Below are positions 14,061 through 28,234 of a DNA stretch of 64,000 bases, piece by piece. Position 1 is the first letter of the stretch. The number at the start of each line of letters is the position of its first letter. The position numbers were made by a program, and so were the translations under genes. The DNA comes from Lama guanicoe (taxonomy: Eukaryota). The notes under the pieces are model-generated. The model searched no databases. It saw only the letters and a program-made list of their open reading frames with translations, and was not told where the DNA came from. The DNA lies in contig MU053810.1 of assembly GCA_013239625.1 (NCBI GenBank), positions 2,739,518-2,803,517 of the forward strand. Direction: 5' to 3'.

Positions 14061-14108
14061 ACAGAGATGACAGTTCTACATTAACAAAGCAGGAACTTAA
14101 ATTCATAG
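14061..14108 (+). CDS. MLLT10: MLLT10 alternative cassette exon (48 nt): (D)RDDSSTLTKQELKFI(G)
   Basis: tcttttctttAG| acceptor, AG|GTATGT donor, phase 1-1, no stop. Matches the DRGDSSTLTKQELKFIG segment I recall from one human AF10 isoform. Confidence 0.88.
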
Positions 14109-14709
14109 GTATGTACCAAACTTAAGCATGGTTCTAAAGGTAATAGTGTTAAATTAGTCCAAATGTAGCTTGGAAGCCTTCCCTTGTAAAGCAGTGTTAG
14201 AAATCTGTAGTCACAGAAATGATGACTGAAAGGCATTTTCCATGATTTTGGATGATTGGTGGGATGGAGTATTTTATTATGTTCTTATTGTTGTACTTGC
14301 TTGGATTCATTATATTGCTTAAGTCATGGCAGGATGGGTTTTAGGATTCCTAAAACTGTTTATCTGTCAGGGTTTAGACGCCTAGGTCTTTGATTTATTT
14401 TAAAGACCATTTTCTACATCTGCGACCCTTCTCTCTCACTGCGAGAAAGAAGAATCTGAGATTGCAGTCTATGATTTATAATAATTCTCTAATTCTGTCA
14501 TGTATCTCTCTAATACTTATGGGTCAGTTGAGAGTGAGCATGTGTATTCTGAATCCACTACTCTCAACTAGTTAATGTATGCATCCACTCCACCCTCTCT
14601 CTCTCCTGAAAACCTCAGTTTCACATATTAATCAAAATAATCTTGCAGGCTGTGATTACCTGCAATATGAAATGTTCCTTCTCAAGAGTAAGCTAATATC
14701 TTGGCTATT

Positions 14710-15720
14710 TTTTATTTGATAAGTATACATTAAGTTCCTTCTGTGTCTAAGATCCTGGTTAGTTGCTTTGGGGAAATAGGTATATACTGCATATGGATCC
14801 TGCCCTTTAGGGAACATAAAACCGTAAAAGGAAGAAAAATGGATATGTAAGTAACAATTTGAAGATATGTAGTTATAACTTCTTTAATGATCTACATACA
14901 GTATACTAAGAGTCAAGTTCAGGAAAAACTACTTTCAACTGAGGGAATAAGATGTGCAGAGGATGTAACATTTTACCTGATGTTTAAGGAACGTGTAGAA
15001 TTTAGCTATTTGGTGATAAGGATCAGGGTAAACTCCCAATGCCAGGAATAGAATACAGCACAAACAGTGACACACAAATGAGAATGCACAGGCTGTTTAA
15101 AGTGATGGTGATACTGCCATTTGATATGCGTTATATGAAAAATAATAGCTCTAGATATTAGGCAAAGGAGTTGAAAGCAGTTGGTATTGGAGCTGGGAAA
15201 AAAGATAAAACTGATTGTTTAGGAATATTCATCTGGCTGTAGCTTATAAGATTAAAAGGAGCTAATGCTGGAACAGAGAAACCAATGAGATTTTTTAATA
15301 TAATCTAGCCAAATGTGTTGGAAGCCTGAATGAGGATAATAGAAGTCAGATTGATGGGAAATAATGAGCTGATAAGTAATTGTCAATAGACTGAATGATG
15401 ATAGCTGGGGATAGGTATTCATTTACCAACAAGGTTTTTAGGCAGAGTTGTTTAGCATGCAGTTGGGTAGATGAGATTAGAGTTTGGGCATGAAGGAGAA
15501 TTGGAAGTAATCTATATAGGAGTCAATAACTGAAATGCCAAGATTGGTCAAGGCTGAGAAAGGTTGATAGAGAAGAAAAAGAAAGTAGTTGGATCAGGTT
15601 TGTTTGAAGATGGGAAAGTCCCAATAGGTAGAAAGGAAAACTAGAAAGATCAAGATGTGAGAGAAGAATATTTGATGGACCAAAGAATGTGGACAGATGG
15701 GAAGACATCATGTGAACAAG
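14710..15720 (-). mobile_element. L2 LINE remnant
   Basis: Purine-rich degenerate L2 pattern (cctgccctttagggaacat, gatgagattagagtttgggcatg). Confidence 0.55.
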
Positions 15721-16899
15721 TAGAAATAGTAAATGTAAAAAGCCCATAGTCTTCATAATTTCAGATTAATGAACTTTTAAATTAGTAGAAATTTTAAAAA
15801 TACTTTTCCCCCTCAAAAGAAATGATTGTTACTTGCAGGTACGTGTAGTAACTTGAATGTGTTTCCTACAAAAACATTTATCCTTTTAGTGTATTTCAGA
15901 ATAACGTTTTAATGATTATATAAGAGTAATAAATAATGATACTATATATGTGAAGATTATGTTTCTGAGCTACAGTAGTTTGTTTTGTAATTCTCAGTGT
16001 GCTGAAAATTTATCTCCTCTCCTTGTCAAGAGGGTGTCGGTATGTCTCATTCTATTCTCTGCCTTCTCCTAACTGAATCAGTCACCAAGTAGTACCTTCT
16101 AAACATTTTTCCTAATTAATTACTTTGAAGCTTCCTAGCCATGACTTTTATATCTAATTATTATTTTCAAACTTCATCTTTCTTCATCATGGTTATGAGT
16201 TGGTTCAGATCCTTAAATTTTTCACAGATTAAAATATTAGCCTCCTTTTGGTTTTGTCAGTATACCTAGAGTTGGTCTGGTGGGCTGACCCAAGCCAGTG
16301 TCTCAGACATGAAGGTAGGAAAGAATGTCACTTAGTCATTAATGATGAAAACATAAACTGTCAAGAAGGTGAAGTGTTGCTCGTCCTGTTCTTCCTTAAA
16401 GTAATCTTGGGGAGACAAACCACAGTTGTTACTTACTTAATGAAAAAGTTATTTACTTAATGAATCTGACATCAGAATAAGGACAGTTAGATCATGTTTA
16501 AAGATTATCACCATCTCGGTAACATTCTTTCTCTGTCCAATCAGTTCATTGAGTTGCAGTTTCCTTTAACATTATGTCTAGTCATGCGTTTACAGAAACT
16601 GTCCAGATCACCTTAATTAAACCTGGAGTTATAGACCATATCTTATGGTGAGCTGTTTCTATAAGTGGCTGATATTACTTATTTCACACTCAGAGAGTCA
16701 TTTTATTTCAGGATCTCTGGATTTATATATGTACCTATTCCTGACAGAATAGTATATTCTAAGTATTTGGAGTTATGCCTGTCAGATTTTCCTCTGTCAT
16801 GCTTGTAATCTTAGGAGGAACTAATATTTTCACTCAAAATGGGAATTAGGAAGCTTATGTTGAAAGTTGTTTCTTGGTGTATCAAGATTTAGGAGACCA

Positions 16900-17460
16900 A
16901 AAATCTTTAATATATTTTGGCAATAATAAAAAATCTGATCTTCTACCCAGATCAGTGCTAAAAGAACTGTGGAGATAAAACAGATCAGTGTAACAAACAT
17001 ATAAAATACATGAGGGAAAATAATAATTTGAAACAAAGGAAGTATTAAAAAGAAACAAGTAGGAATTTTAGGTATGTAAGGCTATATGATTGAAGTTAAG
17101 AATACAGTATATGGGATAAATAGCAAAATGCATATAGGCAAGGAATAAAGTAATCGCAGGATAGGTCAGATTAAGGAAATCCCCAGAAAGAAGGAGAGGA
17201 CCTATATATATTTTAAAAAAAACTAAAACTGAAAAAAAAACAAAACTAAAACTGAAACTAAATAATATGGAGGATAGAAGTAGAATGCCAGGGAGTGCCA
17301 GAAAGGGAGAGAGAGAACAGTGGGGAGGAGGAAATAATCTGAAGAAATTAAAAAAAAAAAAAAGAGATCTTACATTGAAACAGCCTATAGAGTGCTGAAG
17401 GAAAAAATCCCCATCTGGACACATTATAGGGAAATTTAGAAATATCAAAGAGAAAGAGTT
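16900..17460 (+). mobile_element. Ancient L1 ORF1-region remnant
   Basis: A-rich sequence with motifs such as atatggaggatagaagtagaa and ggacacattatagggaaatttagaaatatcaaagagaaagag. Confidence 0.5.
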
Positions 17461-19204
17461 CTAAAACATGGACTGTTATTAAAAAGCACTTCCTGGGGGG
17501 ATCTACAAGAACTAAATAGAAGTGACTATTGTCCTAAGAAAATGGTGTACGACGTATGAAAAGGCTAGACTTACAGAGCTATTTATCATAGCCAAAAAAA
17601 AAAGACATAGTGGAGTGTAAAAATTATACTCACATTTTTTCCTGCATCTTCTGGGTTTGATTATAAAGTGATATTTAGGAAGTTCACCTAGCACCTTAAA
17701 AGTATATTCAGGATATATTTTCCCAGACAACAAATTGTACATATATTACGCATAAATAATACATACATGGTAAAGAACTGTCAGTTTCTTAGACAGTTCT
17801 TGTCTTCGGGATTCTCAGATTCTAGTTGGAAGAGTCAGAAATGTAAATGAATAATTACAAAATAAAATGTTAGACAAAATTATCACAGTGGTTATGTTAA
17901 AATTACAGGTTTGAGAGTAGTTTTTTCCTTGTCTTTTCTAAAATTGAATGTGGTCAATACTTTCATATTTTTATTTAAATCACAGAAAATCTTTAAAGAA
18001 GAAGGGCAAATAGTTCTAACGGCTGCCGCATCTAATAAGATTATGTTCTTCATTTTAATTGGCAAATTTTTTTCCTAGTGAACTTTCCTTTTAATTTCCT
18101 TAAGCTAAAGAAACAGAAAAAAAAATCACTGTGTAATGAACTTCATGATGTTTCTCATCTACGCTTATGATTGATACTAATTTAGGTGTGTCTTATTTCT
18201 TAATGAAGTACTCTTCTTCATTAACCTGACCACCTATATTTTTATACTTCATCTGACCTAAATGTTTCTAGAGAAAAAAGTCACACTATGTACAGATTAC
18301 TATCATTGTAGATTCATGATACTAGCCTTGAGTGATTTTTAAATTGCTTGGCAATGTTATTAGTACATGTCTCTAGAAAACTTTTTGCCACAGTTGTTTA
18401 TTTTTTTTTTAACTCTTTCCCCCCTTTCCCAGTCCGCAATTTATTAGATATCCCAGAAAAAACTTGCGAGCCTAAGCCATAGACTGCCTGTGCTCCCTCG
18501 TGCTTTGGGTGGTGTGTCTGGGTGGGACTCTGTTTTTCTTTGGACCTCATGTTTCCTCATTGAGAATATTCAGGTCCCGCATCAATTTTGGACACAACTC
18601 TAGCCATTATATCTTAAAATATTATTCTTGCTATTTTTTTCTTTTCTTAAGTAGGTTTCGGTAGACTTTCATTCTGTTCTTCATGTCTCTTACCGTCTCT
18701 GTTATAATTTCCACTTCTTAATCTCTCTGAGCTGTATCTGTGTATTTTCTTTAGATCTTTTTTGTTCACTTGTTGTTTCTTTATGCTCTGTTAATTATTT
18801 CTGACTAATTACTGAACGTGTTTTTCAATTTTAGAAATTCTTTGTGTATGTACATGTGTTTTTAATGGACCTGCTCTGATTTGGGCTTTTTTTTTTTCTC
18901 CTGTTTTGAAGACTGTTTAGTTCTTTTCTCACATCTAAATATGTTTATTTTGAAATAATCTTAAACACAGAAAAATGGCAAACATAGTACAGAGAGCTTT
19001 ATCTTCCTCAACCATTTGTGAGTAGTTTACAGTCATAGTGCTCTATCAGCCCTGTATTTCTTAGAAACAAGGATATTCTCCTTCAAAATCAGAGTACAAC
19101 TGTCAAAAACAGGAGCTTGACATCACCATATTACTAGCATCTAGTCTTCAATGCCATCAAAGTTTTGACAGTTCCCTCAATTTTTGAAGGTTATAGGCTA
19201 GTTA

Positions 19205-19342
19205 TTTTGTTTTTTAATTTTTAAATTTTGGGAGGGGGATAATTAGATTTTTAATTTATTTTTAACAACGATACTGGGAATTGAGCCCAGGACTTCATGC
19301 ATGCTAGGCATGCACTCTACCACTGAGCTGTACTCTCTCCCC
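19205..19342 (-). mobile_element. tRNA-derived SINE, Vic-1-like (camelid)
   Basis: Reverse strand reads GGGGAGAGAGTACAGCTCAGTGGTAGAGTGCATGCCTAGCATGCATGAAGTCCTGGGCTCAATTCCCAGT, with A/B boxes and an A-rich tail. Confidence 0.85.
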
Positions 19343-19727
19343 TGGGCCATTTATTTTGGATTTTATTTTTTAATTATTAGATTCAGGTTATGTTTTTTGG
19401 AGCAAGGTGTCATAGAAGTGATTTTTCTATTGCATTTTGTCGGATTGTGTATAACCAGTCTTTTCCAATGAGAAACATTTCTTTTCTCTTTCATAATTGG
19501 TATTTTGTGGAATAAATTGTGAGACGATGTAAATATCCCTTTCCTCATCAGACTTTCACTTTATTTCAATATGGACTTACAGATTTGTATAGGTTATAAT
19601 CCATTTGTTGTGATGCAACACATTGCTCACAGTTAGACATTAGGGAGTCCCTTTAAGCTGGCTCCATGTCCTTTGGATATGTCTCCAGTATTCTTTTAAT
19701 GCTTCCTTATTTTCTGACACAGCAAAT

Positions 19728-20317
19728 ATATTAGTTTTCTTTTGCTGCCATGGAAAATTACTACAACATTAGCAGCTTAAAACCACACAAATTTCTTAGC
19801 ACACAGTCAGAAGTCTGGGTTAGCTGATTTCTCTGCTGAGATTCTCACAAGGGTGAAATCAGGATGTTGGCCACCTGTTATTGTCGGGAGACTCTGGGAA
19901 CAACCCACTTCCAAGCTCATACAGGCTGTTGGCAGAGTCCAGTCCTTTCCTTGCAGTTGTAGGACCAAGGTCACCATTTCCTTTCTCACTGTCAGCTGAG
20001 GGCCTCCCTTTGCTCTTAGAGGATTCTCTCCATCCTTGCACATATGTCCCTGTATCTTAGAGCCAGCAGAGGTGATAAGTTGAACCCTTTCACGCTTAGA
20101 ATCTCTCTGACTTCCCTTCTGCCACATTTCTCTTGCTTTCTCTTCTGCATTTTCCACCCACTCTTCTGTCCTTCCTCGTCAGTTTTTAAGGGCTCATCTG
20201 ATTACACTGGGCCCAATCTGCCAAGTCTCTTCAGAGCAGTACCTAGATTAGTGTGTGATTGAATAACCAGGAGATGGGAAACTTGGGGGACATATTTAGA
20301 ATTCTACTTACCACAGC
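19728..20317 (-). mobile_element. MLT1 (ERVL-MaLR) solo LTR
   Basis: Characteristic tattagttttct...gctgcc...agcagcttaaaaccacacaaattt start and gaattctacttaccaca end. Confidence 0.8.
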
Positions 20318-23300
20318 AGAATATCCCACGTTCCTCTTTTTTATTATATAGAATGGTGTTCTTTTCTCACATTTTTTTGTTCCTTCTCGTAGGTACTTTA
20401 TCATTTAAAACCTTTATTTCATAATCTTTATTTGCTGTTTCTTTTTTCTAAGGTTCTTAGAAGAAGGTCAAATCTTAATATTTATTTCTGCTAATTTGTG
20501 GTCAGGGGAATTGTTCCTTCCATGTTTTCTAATTTTGGATTGCGAACTTACTTTCTTGCGTGGGTTGAGGATATATTCCTTCAGAGAGGTTTTGTGTTTT
20601 CTTCTGCTCAAGTGACAGTACTGCCTGACCCCTTCCTTATGTTAATTTAATGTTTGGGATTTGCTAGAGCAGGCACATGGTGTAAATTCAAACCCAAAAC
20701 CTAATTTGAAGGCAAGACTATGGGTATAAATTCTCAGGGCAGATTTCCCATCCTCTGTCCAGAGATCAAATGGGACAAACATCCCTATTTTCTCCCTATG
20801 TATGCTCTGATTTGGGGGTTTTGTGTTTTTGGAGGGGGGTCTTTGAGGGCATGGGGAAGTGATGGTGTTTAGCTTTCCCCTAAAAGTATACCCCTGGGAA
20901 GGTCCAAACTATGTAAACAAAGTCTCATCAGTTTCAGCTTTCTCTCCATTAGAGAGCCCATTTTCTTGTGAGCATTAAAGCCAAGCTTCTAGTTTCCTGG
21001 CACAGGCTGGCTGCCCTAGGGCCGCTATTAAAGCTTTCCTCCTCGTTTTGATCCCTAAGATTTTTTCTTACTTTCTTGTGGACTCAGCTGTTTGTTTTTA
21101 GGTAATTTTAATTAGGAAGGTTTTTAGGTTGTCTAGTGTGCCTCATTGCCAGAAACAAATCCTCGCCATTGATTGATTTTTCAAATCACTTCACTCTCTC
21201 TTCTCCGCTCAGGTCAGAAATAGCTTTCATTGCCAAGTCCACGCGGGCATTTTTCAGTTTTCATCTTACATGACCAACTTACCCTACCCTTCTTCTTCCC
21301 CTTCCCTGGACTTGGTTGTCCTGCTGCTGTTTTGACTATTTCTTTTTAGTTTTCTTGTGGCTTCTCATTTATCTTAATTTGGTGTTGAAATTCCTTGGGG
21401 CTCAGTCTTTTCTCACTCCGTAATGCTCACCAAATTTAAGCTACTTAAAATCTTTTGTCTGAAGTATTACAATAGCTCCTTAAGTCATCTCCCTTTTCTA
21501 CTCTTCTATTGTCTTCTAAGGCATTGTTCACATTGTATTCCAAGTGGTCTTTTAAAAATATAATTCTGATCAGGTCACTCTCTCTTGGGTTAAAATGCTT
21601 TAATGGCTTTCCATTACTATGAAGCTGAAAAGCCCTTTATGACCTGCAAGGTTCTACCTGAGCTGGCTCTTGGGTTGGCTTCTAGGTTCATCTTTGAGCA
21701 TCTTGTTTCTTTTCTTATTATGCCACAGTGGCAGTATTGGTTAGGGTCCATGGTACGTAAGTCACAGAAGTAGATTGTCAAATTCAGGCAAAAAATTACT
21801 CTATGGGATATAGACAGTTATTTTAGAGATTTAATAGAAAAGCCTCACCCTAAACCGCTGAGAGGTGAGAAATAAAGTTAGTTTCAAAGACCAAATGAAG
21901 AGGAACTAACATGCTCCTAATATTACTACTATTTAACTGACTTAGGTTTGACCATTCTCTTCCCTTGTGAGTAGGCATTCAAGGTGTTAGTTCCCAGGAG
22001 AGATGGTTCGCCTCCGGTTGAGTCACATGTTCATCCCTGGGCCAACATGCATGAAATTGGAGGTGGGGTACTTACCTAATGGAAAATAGGGTATTATTTG
22101 GAAAAGAAATGGGAAACAATTCTAGGCAGGTAAAAAATGGAAACAGTCCCTAAGGACTTCCTTTCAGTTTATGTGTCACTGCTTCACAGAGGCCTGCCGG
22201 GTACTGCTTATCTTTTTTTTTTTTTTCTTTTTTTGGTACTCCTAACCTTAGGTTACCCCAAATATTCTGTTACAGCATGTTCTACTTTTTCATCATAGCA
22301 CTAACATTTGTGATTGATGTGTGGCTCTTTCACTTTAAGCTCCATGAGTGTAGTATATCTTCAGCGGCTAGTATTATGTCTGGGCATATTAGGCACATAA
22401 ATATTTGTAGAATATTGTAAAATCAGGTCAACTCTGCATATTCAATTGTTTCCATCAAAATGATACTAAAAACATTTGCAATGAAATCAGATAATACGTA
22501 TGGTAAGTGTTAAAGGATTAAAAGTTCTATATTATGTATATAGGCAGCTATATAGAGCAAAACCATAAACTATGCACTGGAAAGTTTGAAAATATATAAA
22601 AATATCAACAATAGTTGTGGCTGTTTTTTTCCCCTTCTTTTGCATCTATTCAAAATTTTTAATAATGAGTATGTGTTGTTTGAGTCTGTGTTGTTTTTAT
22701 AGGTAAGATCAAAAGAAGCAATACATAATGAGCAAAATTATTCATCTGTTTGTAAAACTAGAGCAACCTAAGCAGTAGTTAATGTGCCTGAAGAGATTTA
22801 AGAACACCTGTGTTCCATCAATGACCAAGAGTCTCAGAGAAGAAAGACATACTTTTTTTCTAAGTTTTTTACCTTCTCTGAGTAGTGAATGTGTTAATCA
22901 TATAGAGACATATGTTCTACAGTCTAGAAAGAGAAAGCCAAGATAAAGAATATCCTGAGTGTTTATTCATTAGTCCCCAAAGGTTAGGAACATTGAGGCA
23001 ACATGAACAACAGAAGCTTTCTATTATTGTATATATTATCCTACTTCTTCTTTTAACAATAGATATCATTCCTCCTTTATATTTTATACTATGGCTACTA
23101 TTTATCAAATGATTACTGTATGGTAGACAGTAGACTAACAAATTAGTGTATGCTTTTCATCTATTAGTTAGTCCTTGCACCAGCCCTGTGAAATCATTGG
23201 TACCATCTTCACTTTATAATGACGTGTATTAGATTCAGAGAGGTTATTTGTATGCGGGAGCAAGATTTAGACTTTTAACTGCTTTCATACCATATTAACC

Positions 23301-25634
23301 TCCAGAAAAGAATGTGAAGTCTCCTGACATGTGAGTTAGGGATAACTTATCATACTTAGTCATTTACTTGGTTAAATATTCACGACTATTCCGTTCATTT
23401 ACTCTGAACAAGCAACTTGATGTGATGCTGATTTGACCTCACAGTTTGTCTGGCAAGCAGGACCTCTGATTGGTGAACACTAACATTTCTGTCACTGGAC
23501 AGGTATGCTTCTGTCTATATGTCAATTTCATACAATTCCAAAGGGCAAACTAATAAAAGCTTAGATCTAAACAATGATTTCTTGGCTCTGCCCACACTAT
23601 ACTGTTCTTCCTGAGATCACCATCTGTCTCTGTGTTTCCAGATGCAGTGGGCATTTTCATTCTGTGTCTTAACCAGCCTTTCAGCATCATTTGATATAGT
23701 TTGTGTGTCCCCTTTTTAATCTTCAGACTCTCTCTTCTTGGCTTCAGTGAAACTGCACTCAGGGTTTTCTTCTTATGTCCCTGATCTCAGTTTTCTTTAC
23801 AAATTCCTCTTCCGTTAGCCACCCTTGAAATATTGGAGCTTCAGGACTTAGTCCTAGGCTGGTTTTTTGTTTTTGTTTTTGTTTTTAATTTTACAAACAA
23901 AAGCGTACTCTTACTATTCCATGTGTCACTGACTTCTAATCACTGGCCAGAAACCTTGGATTTATAAATAATACTTTTGTTTACTCTGTCCACAAAGCAT
24001 CTCATCAAGTTTAGGTGATTCTGACTTCTCGATGAATTTCAGGTCCATCTGTCTCTGTGGTCAGTGACACTTCCTCCTTAGTCCAGAGGATCATAATCCT
24101 CTGTCTAGATTATAGGATAACCTCCTGAGTAATCTCTCTGTTTCTGCTTCCCCTTTTCAATTCATTCGCTACATAGCAGTGGGAGGGATGATCTTCTAAA
24201 AAGACAGTTCTTGCTATTTGCCTTTGTTGTCTTCCTATCTAAACACCGCTACGTGTCTTGCAAGTCCTGTGAGATCTACTTCCCCTCCCTCCAGCCTTGT
24301 CTTCTGCCACTCTATCTGCTGTGCTTTAGCCGTATTGCCTGTCTTCTTTTTCCTCGTCTTTGAACAGGCTTTTCTGTTTCACTCATTGCTCAGTTGACAA
24401 CTAGTTACCCAGTTTTTAGATCTTGGCCTATCATTTCTTCAGACAGGTCTTTTCTGCTTCCTGATTTTTCAGTCTCACGGCACCCTTTTCTCTTCTATCA
24501 TAGCACTTGCCACAATTTATAGTCATGTGTTTGTTTTAATGTTCGCCTCACTAATTACATTGTAAGTTACTGGCGAGCAGAGAGCTTATCTGTCTTGTTC
24601 CTGCTATATTCCCTGCTCCTAGCACAGTACCTGTCTTTTAGTAGATATGAAATAAATATTTCTTGGAAGGATGAATGGATGGATGGTATGTCACACTGCC
24701 TGCCACCCTCTGTATCATCCTGCATCGTTGTTTCTGTCTGTCCTGAAGAGGTGAATTTCATGGTGTTTTGCTGGAACTTGTGCATTGCAGGATTCAGTTT
24801 CTATTTAATCGATGAATGTCACCTTGATTTGGATTAAAATAGCATATAACTATTGAAAAGATTGAAATAGAAAAAAAAAGCAGATACAGAACAATCTAAG
24901 GAGGATTATTTGCCTGTGAAAAGAGGCCTGGAACTCTTCATGTTCATAGACTCATTTGACCTTTTCCTTTGAAATTCTCTCAAGTGGTTTCCAAGATTGT
25001 CTCTGTTACTTTCCTTATTTTGCTCTTTGTGGTCAGTCTTTCTTTGTCTGTGGTTCAAATGGTAATGTTCTTTAGGCTCTGTCCTTAGTCCTCTTCTCTT
25101 GATCAGGCTGAACTTCCCTGGATGACCTCATCTTTCCATTCCTTGGCTTTGACCAGCTTCCATATCATAGGTTGTAAATCTAATATTTACGGGGCCAGGT
25201 AGGTAGCATACAGGAATGAGGAAAAGGTGAAGAATAAGAAATAGGGGGGACTCTGCTGGATTGCAGAGTGTATGCCCTGTCCAAAGCCCTAGTGGATTGT
25301 TGCTATTTCAGAATATAGTATCTAGTGTTGACAGAACTTCAGGTTTTTCAGGAGAAATAGAAATCTAGATTTTTTTTAATGTGAAATTTCCATGTTTCTA
25401 AATACATGAATTAGTTAACTAGGTCAACAGAAAAGACTTTTTGAGTTTTCAGATTTATGTATTCTAACTTTGTCATGCTTCTGACTCCTGGATTTGCACC
25501 TCTGGGCCTGATTTTTCTGCTGAGCTTCAGGCTCATCCCATCCTGTTCTAGAAGGTCTAGTAGGAGTTCTGTATCCTGCAGGCGTCTCCAAGATCATGAC
25601 GATCAACCTGAACCTCAAACATGTGATTAGGAAG

Positions 25635-25780
25635 TGGTTTCAGTTATAAAGTCAGATGGCTATGAGTTTGAATCTTGGTTCCACCACCTACTAGGTCACT
25701 AAGCAAGTTACTTTATTTCTTTAAACTTCTGTTTGCTTACATATAAAATGGGAGTAATATTCACCGCATTCTGTTGTGCT
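25635..25780 (+). mobile_element. MIR SINE
   Basis: gagtttgaatcttggttccaccacctacta...ctgtttgcttacatataaaatgggagtaata. Confidence 0.7.
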
Positions 25781-27030
25781 AGCACAGGGACCTACCCATA
25801 GTAACCGAATACTGGATTCTCTCAGGTGCTGTCCCTGCTCTGGTGAGTGGCATCACCACTCTCATGCCCACTTAGTGGTGCTTAAGAGTCATTCCTGACT
25901 CTTGACGTCTTTTTTAATTCTTCGGGTATCATTAGTTACCAGTCCTGTGAACGTTGTCTCTTTACTGCTGTTACCTTAGAGGTTTAAAAAAATACATTAT
26001 TATTTTTATTCGTCAAAATACATTATTATTTTTATTCATCAGTATTATTGTAGCAATCCATAACAGTTTTCTCTGTCTCTGTTTAAATCCCCTCCCCAGT
26101 TGTTCTCAGCCTTGTGCCAGTGATTTATGTTTCCCATGCACAGCAATCTGATGTCACCAGACTTTTGTTTACACTCATCCTTCAGTGGCTTCCTATTGTC
26201 TCCAAATTTTTAACTTCTAACATTTAAACTTTTAATGCTCTTCTTGATTTGACTCCTACTAATTTTTTTATTTATTCATTTCTTGCATAAGCTACACAGA
26301 TGGTACTTAAAAGTTCTTAGAATCTACCAGGCTCTCTGTTGCATATTTCTTCCTCAGACTGTCCTTCACCTCTGTCTTGCAGCTCCTTTAGAAATGAGCT
26401 TTAAAGGCACCCATCTCTCCCACTACGCTTTTTGACCCCACCCTCTCTCGCAGTCTGGGTTAGATACCTCTCTTTATGCACTCACAGCCTCCTGAGGGTG
26501 TCTCTGTCATAGACTCTTCACAGTCTTTTGTAATTGTCTCTTTTTTCCACTAAGCTTCTTGAAGACGGAGACCACATATCTTGAATGGCTTTGTATCTCC
26601 AGGGCTTAGAATAATGTCTGGCAAACACTGAGCTCTCAGATGTTTGTAGAATGAATGAATTTGTTGAGTGAATAAATTATCTTTTTTCTGGAGGAATTGT
26701 AGATATAAAAAGAATCTTAGGAGCCTCAATTATAGTTGTAAGGCCTTTAAAAATGACCCAATTCTTTTATTCCCCTTTTTTGAAGATTATAGGTGCTTTT
26801 CTTTATTATGAATCAGTAATATTTATGTTCTTTAGAACTAAGTAAGTTGTACTGTTGATATAAATAACTAATTATTGTCACCTTCAAGGGCTGTATTTTC
26901 TCAAGAAATTTTTTTGAGTGAGTGAGACTATAGCCCACTTAGGTTCTTTTCTTCCTGCTTTCCTCTTGTTTACAATGTCAGATTCTTAGGATCTTATTCC
27001 CTCCCAGCCACACAAGAGCCCAGGTTTATT

Positions 27031-27243
27031 ACAAGATCTCTCAGCTTCCATGCTGTTGACTCTGTGGACTACATAATTCTTAGTTGTGAGGAGCGGTCTT
27101 GTGCATTTTAAGATGTTTAGCAGTATCGCTGGCCTCTCCCTACTGGGTGCCAGTAGCACCCCTGAGTTTTGACAACCAGAGATGTCTCCAGGCATTGTCA
27201 TGTCTCTATGAAGCAAAATCAACCCTGTTTGAGGACCCCACTG
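27031..27243. mobile_element. MER20-like hAT DNA transposon
   Basis: gatgtttagcagtatcgctggcctctccctactgggtgccagtagcacc...gacaaccagagatgtctccaggcattg, similar to the 3817 copy. Confidence 0.8.
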
Positions 27244-28234
27244 AATAACAGATACTTCTTTTATCCTCAACAAGCTTCTCTGTCTCTGTAGACTCTTTGT
27301 TGTCAGCATATGAGCATGATCTCCCATCTTAAAAAAATACATCCCACAGCACACCTTTTAAAGTAACTCCTTATTTCCTTTTAACTTTGGCTCATTTTCT
27401 CTCTCTGTTCTCTTCGTGTCCAGTTTTCTAGAATGAGTTGCTTTCCACTCTCTTTTTTTCTGGCTTTTACCCCCGGTAGTGCCATTGAATATTCTTTCAA
27501 GTCTCCATCCTTATTTCCTGTTTTCTTTGAAGTGAATGCTGCCATCACCTAGAATTCCAGGTCATCATCATCTCTTAATCCTGTGACCCCAACCACACTG
27601 ACCCCTGGTTAGATACCCTATTCAGTCCATCATAAAGTCCTGTATATTCTGCCTCCTGAATAATCTAGAATCCACCTGTTTTGTCTCGTCCCACTGCTGT
27701 GTCTCACATCGGGCTCTTTATTGGTCGCAGAATATCAAGTCTTGTCCTGTCCCCCCCCTCCAGTTGTTTCCCCTGTACTGTAACCTGGATGACCTTTCTA
27801 AAACAAAGTCTCTCCTCATTTGAGACCTTCTCAATCATGAGTCCTGGAGCACTAGTATATCCGCATTTTTCAAAGGCCCACCAAGTGATTTTTGCTTCAT
27901 TCTCCTATTTAAGAAACATTTTATTCCTCTTAGCAATTCCTAAAACCCTTATTATTATTTTTATAAAGCATTTCTTGATGTGATCTCTGTCTCTTAACAA
28001 ACTATCTTTGATGTATAAAAAATAACAGGTTCTTTAAGACAAGCACTTTAGGAAAAATTTATGTTTATTCATTTAGTTAATGATTTTTTTTTTGGGCCAC
28101 CAATAAAATTTATCATGGGAAGTGTTCAGGAGGAAATGTGGGTATTCTGACTTACTGATTAATATTGTCTATGACAGATTCCACTGCGAAGTTATAAACT
28201 ATTTAAATAACATCTTTTTTTTTTTTTCTCATAG

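Larger units (their letters stand above)
21170..28000 (+). mobile_element. Cluster of fragmented L2 remnants (with interspersed MIR and MER20)
   Basis: Repeated pyrimidine-rich L2 segments and L2 3' ends, e.g. cctagcacagtacctg...aataaatatttcttggaaggatgaatggatgg near 24620-24685 and tgtttgtagaatgaatgaat near 26640. Confidence 0.6.

Noticed and set aside
19262..19342. tRNA genes at the SINE heads (also 54635-54713 and 56362-56438)
   Set aside because: They are mutated tRNA-like heads with A-rich tails inside other repeats, so SINEs rather than functional tRNAs.
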